A stretch of DNA of 63,638 bases, the filler included. It is 6 parts of 6 records of this genome, joined end to end, with 100 filler letters (N's around TTAATTAATTAA, not from the genome) between each part and the next. Parts side by side here need not be neighbours in the genome. Positions count along the whole stretch, not along the records: positions 7,593 to 30,578 come from DRR378314_2275; 5 more parts are not named here. The stretch is one strand, 5' to 3'. The translations under genes were made by a program, and so were the position numbers. Below the pieces are notes generated by a model. The model was not told where the DNA came from. It searched no databases and saw only the letters and a list, made by a program, of their open reading frames with translations. Position 1 is the stretch's first letter. Each line of letters starts with the position of its first letter. Positions 10,601 through 22,180 of this stretch are shown one piece after another.

Positions 10601-11293
10601 CGCGAGAAACGCCGCGCGCACCTGGATGTCTTTCGTGAGGTAGTATGTCTTTGTCGGGCCGTGCGGCTTCTTCTTCGGTGCCCTCGGGTAGATTCCTTTC
10701 AAGATACAGAGGCGACGAAAGTCTTTCAATGACAGCTGGTTGACATGTACAAGCGAAGCGTGTTCAAAGAATGCGCGTCAGATAGCTGCGGAATGCCGAA
10801 GCCGACACGTGGTGAGAAGCTCTCCCACGCACAGCGCTCGAGCAATCGCCGTACGGCAGCGCCTGCGCACGCTCCGTGTCAAACGGGACGTGTGTGCCCT
10901 TTCGCCTCCAACAAAGATGCGGGGATAATCCATACCGTTACGATCAAACCAAAATATATGGGTGTGATACGCATGATTTGTACGACTTCACTCTCATGGC
11001 AAGCATAGAAGGCATTGGCTCGCGCGAGACGCGCAAGCGTAACGGGCGCGCAGCGCCGCACACTCGCACCGTCGCCCCCTGGCTGTGTTGCTGCACCTCG
11101 CTAGCAGGACAGCGAAGAATCACGGTCCTACCACCACAAAACAAACCCTGCCCCATGCCGGAGCGGTCTCACACGCGAGCACGATTCCACTCCAGCACGC
11201 GTTACACACCTGCAATCGTTTGAGAGCTTGCTGCCGCGTCATATACGTCGCAGCAGCTCCGACTTCGCCCTTCTTCTTCTTTGTGCCTCCCAT
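7671..11293 (-). CDS. PES1: Pescadillo/Nop7 60S biogenesis factor, spliced, 3' truncated
   Basis: GT-AG exons 11293-11210, 10735-10622, 10121-10065, 9729-9634, 9439-9275, 9012-8902, 8691-8609, 8393-8200, 7795-7671 join in frame: [86 protein letters not shown]. Confidence 0.95.
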
Positions 11294-11925
11294 GGTTGCG
11301 CGTGCAGCACGGCGCTCGATTGGACAGAGCTCGGAGCACGGCGAGTCCGTGCAGCGGCTTGGCACACACACGCCACGCTGCGCGTCAAACCGGTTAGGTA
11401 TATAGGGGTGATAAGTATAGAACCAGCGACGTTTTACACACCGCATCGCAGCGGCCCCTCCTGATCGGTTAGCCGTTAGGGTCTGATCACCTTCCGGCTC
11501 TCTTACCTCCCGCGAAAGCGCGCCGGTGCAGATACGCAGCCGTCGGTGTGCCAGAGCAGCAGCTTGTTCCCCTCGACACCACGAGCGCGCGCGCTATCCC
11601 GTGTAAACACCCGCTTCATCTATGAACGTTCTAAGTCCAAAGAGGTGGTTTCATGCTGCGGAGAACTTGAAGTGCAAAACAGAAAGCGAAAGCACTTTTG
11701 ACGGGCTTGGCAGCTTTCGGTCGTCGTGCATATGCCGACACGGAACGTAGATACCAACGTAGAGCAGGCCGATGTGATGCCCGCGCATAATGCCGTTCTT
11801 TCCCTTCTCGCATCCACTCGTCGTCAGATACATGTATTCGTTTGGATGAAAACATTTCTTTCCACAGAAAGCAAGTTCGCGCAACAGACGGGTATGCCAG
11901 CACCACAGCGGCCTGCCAAAGGACA

Positions 11926-14900
11926 CTACAACTCGCACACTTTGGTCTTGATCTCATCCATGAACTCCACGCAGTTGCTACAGTGGCACGCACACAGAAC
12001 ATGAGCACGGGGCATACTCTTACATATGAGCATACATGTGGGGAATGCAATGCATCTTGCTTTCGCGCAGGAATACAAGTGCGAGGTAGGTGCCAGCGCA
12101 TCCCAGCCGCCACGTACCGATAATCAATGGGCACTTCGATCAGGTGCACGCCTGCAAACAGCCACACAAGATACCCCACCCCACCAGAAACAGAAGAGTA
12201 GAAACCGTTAACCGGGCCGGACGTGAAAGATTATCGGATGCATATTTCGCCACTCGTATACAAATACAATGATACGGCAAAAGGCCCCGTCCCTCGCGCA
12301 CCCCCCAACACACGCGCGCCAAGGCAGAGACGCCGCGCCCATCCTCCCCTCCGCCACACCGGCGCGCACCTCCTTCATCAAGGCTCGCGCGGAGAAGGCG
12401 AGAAAACTCCGGAACCGCAGTGACCCGATGGCCTTTGGCACCGTACGCCTCTGCATACTTGACAAAGTCCGGGTTGCCGAAATTCATTCCAAACACGTCG
12501 TATCCAAGGGTCTCTTGCTGCAAAAGCCCGCCCCGTACGCGTCCAGTCAGAGATACGGGGGTTAGGTGCAGTAGCAAGGCGGTCCAGTTGCGCTCCTTCT
12601 GTCGCGAGCGCGAGCACGGCGGACGACGGCGAGGAATGCGGACTCGACGAACCTTGAACGCGATCATGCCATAGCAATTGTCGCTGACAACAACGATCAC
12701 CAGGTCCAGCTTGAGTCTCACCGCTGTTTCGAGTTCTTGGGAGTTCATCATGAACCCGCCGTCGCCACAAACGGCAATCACCTGGAGCCACGAAAGAGGG
12801 GAAACGAAAATTAGAGCGCAAGCCGTCCAAGGCCACAGACATGTCACAGCGCGTTGGGTACCAACATCACCGGTGACACTGACCGCAAGCGCAAGCCGAG
12901 TACGTGAGTCCCCATCGCCGCCCATAACAAAACGCGGAATTTTCCACTTTGTCCACCCACCATCACGCCGCTGCGCTAGGTGGACCGCACCTTTCTGTTG
13001 GGATACACCATCTTGGCGGCCATGGCAGACGGGAACCCGGCGCCCATGGTCGCCAGCGCGTTGTCGAGCAGGAGCGTATTGCGGTCCCGGGCGTTGTACG
13101 AGCGCGCAAAGAACACCTTGTAAAGACCTGCATGCGGATCAGGTGGCAAGCGCACGCGCAAGAAGCACTTCAACAACCAGATCGTTCTGTAGAAACGAGA
13201 GCATCCCGCCAAAGAAAAACTCCTACGGAAATCAAATCGATACAGGGGGGGGAGCAGAAACCCGAGTGGCACTGGGTGGGAAATACCGCTGCAGCCTTGT
13301 CCGCATCTGGCACGGAAACCCCGGCACGCAAGTTCGCCCATTTCAGGAATGACCGGAAGCGCTCAAGGTCCGCTGATACACCGCAGAGTCAACGAAGCTC
13401 GGGAGTGTCTACCTAGCTTACCATTATCCAAGCAGACGATTCCGTCTTCCGGCATCACACCGCGCGTGTCAGCGATAACGCGCTGGATACACATGGGAAA
13501 GCGATCATCGTTGTCGAATCGAGACGTGTCCTCGCGCACAAGAGCGGCAATTTTCTCAAAGTACGAAAAGTCCCACGCGCACTCGGACGGCACGAGAGCC
13601 TCTTTGATCTGCCAAATTGCATTCGCAATATCGCCGACCACCTCAACCTGAGGGAAGTAGACTTCGTCCACTTGAGCGGAATAGTAATTGATATGGATCA
13701 CTTTGGTGCCTCCTTGATGCATGAAGAACGGCGGCTTCTCGACAACATCGTGGCCGACGTTGATAATGAGGTCAGCCCGCTCGATTCCGCAGTGAATATA
13801 ATCGTCTTGCGACAAAGCGGCACACCCAAGATACCTGTTGGATAGTATCGGCAGTATACATAAATAGGTGATGGAACGTATATTCGAGTCAATGCACGGC
13901 ACACGGATGGGCACCTTGGCGCAACGCTTTCGCTGAAGCGTTCCTTCGTCTAGCCTGCAAGCGGGGCCATGGGCACAACAAAACCCGAGCAATGCACCAC
14001 CGGCGACGCGCGCGAACGAAAAAAAAAACGTACTGCGGAAGATTTTCATCGATGACACCTTTTCCCATTTGCGTATTGAACCAGTACATGCCCGTCTTGG
14101 CGATAAACTCGGTCAACATATTGCAGGTTTGCTTCCGGTTGGCACCCGCTCCGACGAGCAGAAGCGGCCTCTTCGCTTCCTTGATCAGTTGTAGCGCCCT
14201 GAAACGCAGGTGTGCGAATCAAACATTCGCAAGCGTCTCCAAATTACCCCGATTTAATGTGCAACCCACATATGGCGTCGTACACAGCTGACGTATGACA
14301 GCTAGTCTCGCATTTTCGAAGCAACACACTCGCGGCCGAAAGGGCACGCACAGCAGCACGTTGCATTTCTCTGGACCTATGGCACCACTACAGCTCAGCA
14401 GAATCATTGGCAGAAGCGCATGAACCCCATCTCAGCAAGAAACCGAGTCGATCCAAGACGTACGAGTCGACATGACATAGTACACAATGCATAAAACGAG
14501 AACGATTCTGCAGAATCGTGGCGATCGAAGCAAGTCTGCGAATGCCAAGATGCTGTGCTTTGCGCTGGCGAGCACCGATGCCCTCGTGAATGGAACAGGA
14601 AAAATCAAGGTCTACCGGCCACCTTTTTTCTCACAGAAGTCAGAACGAACGCAATAAAACGAAACAAGAGAAAGCTATACATAGAAGTCGTGGCACATAC
14701 ATGTTGATGGCTTTTTCTTCCGCAATTGGGCGGCGTTGTTGGGACTTGTGGAATGGCGTCTTTCCGAGCTCATCGTTGGATATTTCTGTGCACACGACCA
14801 GAAAAGTCGGAGAATATCGCAGCACGAATAGCAGAGAAAAGAATTAGGCATCCGATCTACCAGGTACCAGAGCCAGCTTCATAAGAATCAGGAAAGCCCG

Positions 14901-17254
14901 AATCAAATCCGTGAAGAAGCGGTATGGCAGTGCGCGCCTCTACGACGGGGTGCGTCGCAGCTGCTACAGCGCGCCAAGGAACGCGCGTGTTCCCGTGGCA
15001 ACGCCTCGACTGCGATTGACGTACCGCCGGCAACATCTTCAGGAAGCTCGATATGCACGGGCCCCGGCTTTTCCTCTTCTGCAACACGGAACGACTCGCG
15101 AATCTACATATGCGTAGATGGAGAAGGAAAACGGATGCAATGAGACCAGAGTCGACACCTCATATAGCACGCTCGTCCTGCGGAAGATGCGGCGGCGGCG
15201 GTGGCATAGAGGCTTACAACTCGCGCGAAATCTGCGCACATCCCCGAGATCCAATTGGCCACCGGCTGCGCACCTGCGGAGGCACGAGATTCGCGGAGAC
15301 GATCTCAACAGAACGCTTCGTGATGTGCGCAAAGAGCCCCACCGTATCGACAATCTGGAATCGACCTGCGGTGTTGGCACCAAAAAAATATATTAAAAAT
15401 CCGCCGCGTGATCGATGGATGAGCAGCCTGGTTGGGAGCTTCGCACTGCAGTTTTCGGCACCTTCTCATCTACGAAACACGCCCATATGCGCGTGATCAA
15501 CCCAACCGGTCTACGAGAGAGCAGCAGTGCAGTAGTGCCAGACCGACCTGGAGGCAATGGCACAGACGAGCAAGAAAACGGCAAGCGCTTGAACCAACGT
15601 ACCTTGCTTCGATTTCTTGATCGGCTTCTGCCCAGTGATGATGACCGACGGAAGGCCTGCCAGGTGCGCATACGCTGCAGTTGCAGCACAGTGACAGGTA
15701 TACCGATGATTACTATCAATTTCGCACTACAGCAGCACGTGTAGAGGAGGCAGCTGCGGAGTGCCCGCAAATCGCTCGCGAACACTTTGCGCCGGATCCT
15801 GTTGGGAGAAACATGCCAGTGCCGTCTGTTTTCAAACGAAATTTCCTGCTGGATTCGTGCGCCCCATGATCTCATGTATACACAAAAGAAACGGCATATC
15901 GGGCTGCCGTGTATCGTGGTGTTGCGAGCGTCACAAAACCACTTGTCCGGCCGCAAGGCGAAACACACCTGCGGAAGTGGCAAAGTTGGTCGCGCCGGGC
16001 CCAAGCGTCGACAGACACACCCCAGCGTGACCGGTCAGGCGACCGACGGTTGCTGGAGAAACAACGCAGCGTGGTGGAAACGTTGACATCAGCCAGAAGC
16101 AACACGCATCCACCGGCACAGTGGGCCGAGAGAGCGTTGAAAAGTGCTGACCCACACAGGCGACCGCAGCGGAACGTACAGGCCATGAATCCAGCAGCTT
16201 GCTCGTGCCGAGTGACAATCAGCTTCACCTTGTCCTGTCGGCGGAGCGCGTCTGAAGCGCAGCAACGGAGCAGTGCGGTAGTCCCGTAAGAAACATGACG
16301 CATAGAAAATTATCAAAAACCCATTCGCTCACTGTATCTGCAGTAAATTCCTGACGAAACCGGTCTCCGCCGCGACGGCGAACGAGCGCACGAGACAGCG
16401 TGAGATGGTGCGTCCTCAAACAACGGTGCGAAGCACGTACCAACAAGGTCTGCGCCGCGTGATACGAGAGAAACGCATCGCGGAGGGCCGTACGTCCGAA
16501 AGACAGTCACGCGAATCATGGTTCATATCGATGGATGCAGTGCACGGACAAAGGGAGCGCGCGAGGGTGAGTTTGCCGCGGAAGTGGAAGTCGTGCAAGT
16601 CGGCGGCCGGCGGCAAACTAGCAGCGGTAAACGCGCAGGAGTACACAAGCCACCACAGGAAGGGAACAAAACTCGCGTGCGCACACTGAAGAAGGCGTAC
16701 GCAAAGCTGTACAACGACAAGGCACTGGCACGACGGGTCCAGCGCTACGCAGATCAATCGCATACATCTTTCCTCTCGCATTCGCTCCTACGCTCGTGTT
16801 TCGGTGCCTGAGAATCCCGCGCGGTCCATCCGCGGACGGCACAATATCGGTTAGTAGACGACGAACCGGGCAGCGGCAGTCGTGCCTTGGGTTGCGGAGC
16901 ACCACTTGGTCCCGACACCGCAAGACCGTGGTCCTCGAAGCAAATCCAAGCAGTGCGCGGGCGGACTGCGCGAAGCGCGTATTTGCCCGTGCACGGAGGT
17001 CCCACTGCGCTAAATACGATGGTTTCCACTACTGGCGCAGCTGAGCGTGTACCTTTTGTCGATCTGGCCCACAAAAGGGACTGCTACGCACAAACGTCAG
17101 CCGGAAAGTGGGCCCACCGCGACTGACTGGGTCGCCATTTGCTGAACGCACCAAGGTTTTCCTCGCCGGGGACCCCAAAAATGTACTCAACACCTTCGTT
17201 CGCAAGGCACGCGACAAGCACATCGGCCGCGTTGGGAGCACGTGAATCACTCAT
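11926..17254 (-). CDS. ThDP-dependent enzyme of the bacterial acetolactate synthase-like / 2-oxoglutarate decarboxylase (OgdA-like) group; 15 exons, 557 aa
   Basis: Exons 17254-17152, 16449-16441, 16251-16180, 16052-15969, 15674-15603, 15365-15274, 15103-15025, 14785-14701, 14198-14034, 13834-13422, 13127-12991, 12781-12653, 12517-12370, 12151-12118, 11977-11926 total 1674 nt, all GT-AG and in frame. Motifs GVPGEENLD, TRHEQAAGFMA, TLGPGATN, TGQKPIKKSKQGRFQ, GHDVVEKPP, LLDNALATMGAG, GDGGFMMNSQELETAVR..DN. Confidence 0.92.
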
Positions 17255-17835
17255 GGCGTGGTATGATAGAAGAAATGGAAAACTTGTCGTGCGCAGATAA
17301 CGGGAACGATTCGGCGGTGTTACTCCGATAAAGGCAGGCAGGCGCGGCGGTCTTTGAGCAAGCACCGGCGAGGGAGCAAACGAGGAACGATGGCAGGGTT
17401 GTGCAGAGAAAACCTGACGCGTTCGCGGAGAGCAGCACACCAGCAGAGGCCCGCAAGTGCAAATGCGGCAACCAGCACGCTCCAAAGCGCCCACGTGTAT
17501 TCCAGTGAAAGAAGTATCAGAGAAACTATGTTGTAAAAGTTCTTTCAATAAAGCGATATACAAATTTGTTGGAACACGTGTACTGCGAATAGGAGAAGCC
17601 GCTAGCGTACATCCTTTTTAGCCCTATTACAGCTAACCATTATCCAGAAGGCTCGTGCTCAGGGTACGATCGACCCTGTCGGGACTTCGCTCGTGCGTCC
17701 AACGCAGAACCGAACCTGCTATTTGAGCCAAGCACCTTCACGTTCTGCTTGCCCCGGGTTACCGCCTTGCGCAACGCCTTTTGATCCCACTAACTGCACG
17801 CTGAAAACAAGGAAAAATACGTATCTACTCGTATC

Positions 17836-20800
17836 ATGTCGAATTCTGCGCGCCATATTGGTGTAATGGTGTCCGGCGCTGCAGCTTCTGGGGTACGCAG
17901 GTTGAACGCACCGCTCTGGCCTCACGGTAACTCGCTGCGTTCGCTCACAGGAACAGAGGCGACTGGTGTCTCACACGTACGTGCTGCTCACAACCTCGCC
18001 TCTTGTTCCTTTTTCGCTTTGCTGGTAGAGGTGCTGCCAATAGAGACGCTCAGTATGTGGTCATGAGTAGTGGTTGGCACCTTCACAGTTGACCCGCAAA
18101 ATCCCTGGGCTGGTGCAATATTTGTCAGGAGGTGGAAGGTTTCGCACGGCGCTCGTCCCGGTCCTTGCCATGTTGCAGCACTATGCTGCTCGCATGTGCC
18201 GAGGGACGTGCTTCTTGTTCCAATTTTGTCTGCCAGAGCTGGCGCGAAACAACTCCCAGCCTTGCCGCTTTCGCACACGCGACTGTCCCCATTTCCATAG
18301 ACGATTATTGTCAAGATACAAGCGATTGTGCATACTATCAGTTTTGTCCTTTCTAACCAGACAGCGCAGTAGCGCTGCGCGGGAGCCGTCGCCGTGCCTC
18401 TGACCGCGACAACGCGTTCGAATTGCTACCACTTGCAGAAGAAGCTTGAAGTGCGAGCTCCATTTGACCAGAGTGTCATTGGAACTCTCGACTGTGTCGG
18501 TCTGGATGGCGTGGAACAAGCATTCAACACTGCCAGAGCGCTTTTCCAGAACAAGTACGTACACCTTCACAAAGACAGGATGACAGGATTTCGCTTGGCG
18601 GCGCTGGCGACGTGCACAGCTGAGCAGCTAGCGGCGCTTGTTCTGTCGCGTGGATGCGCACGTGAGAAAGCGCATGCGGCTTCTCGCCCCCGAACCGCAG
18701 ACGCCTGCTTCTTGCCTGGTATCCGCATAGACCCTTCACAAAGCAGACAGTGTACCATTTATTACACGCATTGCAAATCTCAAGAGATGTAATGTTTTCA
18801 ATATGGGGTCAAATGCTACCTGGCGAACGCGGAACATTTCCCATGCGAGCAAATGGTGTCCGGCACTTGCAAGCGGCGCGTGCCCAGGCTTGGCAGTGCC
18901 GTGTCGTGCCGTTGGTTGGCGACGCGGTTTCCTTACGCTTGGCTGTGAACGGTGGATGTGCTCTGCACCGCGGTTACTGTTTGCGCAGGGATGGCTGGCT
19001 ACCGAAATGGAAACGCGTTGAAATTCTTGAGCGAGCGTCCGCACTTGCGCTGGAGCGCAAGGAGAAGTATGCGCTCGAAGCTGCCACAGAAGGTACGCGC
19101 TGAAGCGACTTTTTTTTCTCTCTTGCAGTGCGAGGTGGCTGGCTTGGACTACTTGTGCAGCGAAGCGGCACCGGCATCTCAAGACTACGCTCGCTGGCGC
19201 TCTTGCTCGGCTGAGGTGCACAGCTGCCGTGTTTTGTGAAACTCAATGTGGCTACAATTGTGTAGAGTGCGCGCTTTGTATGCATGAAACGGCCTCTTTC
19301 GTGGGGGGTTAGATAGGAGAAAAAGCGAGGGTCGATCCCCGTGCGTCGACGGTCCTGGAGTCTGCGAAGCACCGCCCACTCTCCGCGCTTGCTTTTCTAT
19401 GATCAGAGCTACGACCTTTGCACCGTCTCATTCACGCGCGTTTCCCTCGCGATATTGTGTAGGCGGAAAACCTTTCAAAGACTCCCTGGTAGAGGTCGTC
19501 CGGGCAGCTGATGGCCTCAAGTCGTGTGCGGAAGAGCTGCGCACACAATCGGGCTCGGAGATCCCCATGGGCATCACGCAGTCGTCGGCGAACCGGCTAG
19601 CGTTCACGACGCACGAGCCCATTGGCATTGTCGTTGCACTGTCCGCGTTCAACCACCCGTTCAACTTGATTGTGCACCAGGTTGGCCCGGCAGTTGCTGC
19701 AGGCTGCCCTGTCATTGTCAAGCCAGCTTCGGACACGCCGCTGTCCTGTGTGAATGTGGTTGAGCTGTTGTATGAAGCGGGTCTCCCACGCGAGTGGGTC
19801 CAGCTGGTGATTCCTGCCGATCGTGCCGTTAGTAGCCGGCTGGCGTCACATCCCGACGTTGCATTCCTCTCGTTCATTGGGTCCCCCGGAGTCGGCTGGA
19901 AGCTCCGGTCGGATCTACCCCCTGGCGCAAGGTGCGCGCTTGAGCACGGCGGGTGCGCCCCAGTTGTTGTGGAGGATGCCGACATCGACTACGTACTTCC
20001 CGTTCTTGTCAAAGGCGGATTCTATCACGCCGGCCAGGTGTGCGTAAGCGTGCAGCGCGTCTACGTTACCGGCGAAGAAGCGGCCAAAGAGTTGGCAAAC
20101 CGGATTGCTGCTGCTGCTTCCGCTCTCAAAGTTGGCGATCCGCGCGATGCCGACACGGATGTCGGTCCGCTGATTCGCCACAAGGAAACCGACCGTGTTG
20201 ACGAGTGGGTGAAGGAGGCTGTGGGCGGAGGCGCCGAGCTCATTTGCGGTGGGAAAAAGCTCTCGCCGGCCCTGTATGAGCCGACGGTGTTGTTGAACCC
20301 TCCCGACTCTTGCCGTGTGACGAAAGAGGAAATATTTGGGCCTGTTGTATGCGTGTATTCGTCCAAGAGTATTGAAGAGAGCTGTACTCGCGCGAACAGC
20401 GTTCCCTTTGCCTTTCAGGCTGCCGTATGTACACAGAACATCGACAAGGCAATGCAAGCGTTCCGCCTTCTCAACGCGTCTGCAGTCATGGTGAACGATA
20501 CCACTGCATTCCGAGTGGACTGGATGCCGTTTGCCGGTACGTTTGTAGAAATACGCTCCAGAAGAGGGCTATCATCTGGTCCTGATGCCACCCGCCCGTT
20601 GTGCGCGCAGCTCCGTCAGCGCCACGCACTTACTGTTACGCGGAAAGGATGCAGTCCTTTTTCCGCGGGCGGAGCATGCAAAAGCGTATCGTGGCGCGCT
20701 TCATGTGTACCAGAGTATGCTGGGTTGCGCCAGCACAACACTTTTGTCGCCGGCACCAGAGAACCGGCGCTTCACGTTCCCCGTAATCTCACGGGCTGCT

Positions 20801-20938
20801 GCGCCATGTTGCTCCGCGACCGACTCGCGTTTTTGTGTAGGACTGCGCCATTCTGGGCACGGAGTGGGCGGAATCAAGTACACGCTGGAAGACATGCAAG
20901 TGCAAAAGATGATGGTGTTGCGCTCGAAAGAATTGTAA
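17836..20938 (+). CDS. Aldehyde dehydrogenase, ALDH21/RL0313-like (candidate succinic-semialdehyde dehydrogenase); 5 exons, about 482 aa
   Basis: Exons 17836-17892 (least certain; alternative ATG 17866), 18439-18554, 18989-19092, 19463-20536, 20841-20938. Motifs EGGKP, SAFNHPFNLIVHQVGPA, KPASDTP, SFIGS, LEHGG, HAGQVCVS, EEIFGP, FRVDWMPFAG. Confidence 0.92.
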
Positions 20939-22180
20939 GCTGCCAACTTGCGCACGCAGGTGTTTTGCGTGAAAGTACGCTGCACATTCCCGCAAGGAGC
21001 ATGCTCGAAAGGAAATTAAATGTCCCCGCTGCCTGGTATGCACGAGCGGCGCCCAGAAAGGGCCGCGCTACCCGCAGCCCCTAAAACGTCAGCATCGCTT
21101 GACCCTCCTGCACATCAGTTACAAGAAGATCACGAATAATTCATACCACTACAATGCAATCACGAGGAGGAAACCCAAGCCGCCGGCTGCACGGCAGGCG
21201 CGTGGTGTACCGTCACCCAGGGGCAGCTGAGAGGATGGGTTCTAGGGTTACATAGGTATGGGTGAGCGATCAGCTCCCTTTGCGTCTCGTCGGGGAAGCA
21301 CGCATATCGAGAAAGCTGCCCTGTCCGCTACGACGACGGCGGAGCCTGCGAAAGCGCGCGCACACAGAGCGCGGTATTCTTCTCCTCAGGTACACACGGC
21401 GCTCGCCGCTCGCGCTGCGCAGAAAGCCGACGAGATGACCGAAGAGACTCCCGGTACGCGTTTCATTCTCGTTCTGTCATAGCGAGTTGTGGAGCGGAAA
21501 TCTCGGCATGATCTGTATATTTCCACCCTAATCAAGCGTGCAAATCCGTGTGTCTCGCTGTGCCCTCGTGCTCGCAGCTGAGGCACCTGTGCTGCCACCG
21601 TTCGTGAAGGACCTGCTGGCTGCTTCTGGCGTTGCGATGCCGGACGAAGTTGCAACACATGTACGTCTGCTCGTAGCGGCGCAAATGATCGTATCGGTTT
21701 TGCACAAGTGCTAGTCTATACGAAGTAGAGGGATGGATTGCGCTTGGTGGTTCCCACATTGTCGCCGCGCGGGGCCGGGGACGCTCACTCGCTGCCGTGG
21801 CGCGTTTGCTCCGGTTGCAGCTGTATCGGCTGATGGAGCTCGGCGTCGCTCCGCACGCTGTGCTCGAGATTCTCCGCGTGCACTGCATTGGCCGATAGCG
21901 GCTCGCTGCGGCGACGCGCGAATTTTTTCGCGGCTGTGTCTTGATTATGATGTCAGTGGACAGAGTTACTCTGCGCTTGGAAATGGCAAGGTAGTTCCAA
22001 GGCCGCTCGCGCACAGGCCGTGTTGTATTTTACACACGCACGCGTCCACGCGACCTTGCGCAGTCAACCAAGTGCATTGGCGCGGGAAAAATGAAAGGAA
22101 CAAGAAACGAATGGCTCCAAACAGGCGCACGAGCCAAGGACACGGTTTCTCTCCGCGCGAAGCTGTCCTTTTAGCGCACG

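Noticed and set aside
16701-16706. Second possible microexon CTTTGC flanked by ACAG and GTACGC on the minus strand
   Set aside because: Including it would replace the conserved Asp after GEENL and lengthen the motif; the 9-nt exon alone restores the family pattern
20921-20938. ALDH C-terminal SKEL as an ER or peroxisomal signal
   Set aside because: It is not a canonical KDEL/HDEL or SKL terminus and nothing else supports such targeting
19399-21084. 561-aa ORF as the complete ALDH
   Set aside because: Only 19463-20536 is exon; both ends read into introns and the true C-terminus is in another frame at 20841-20938
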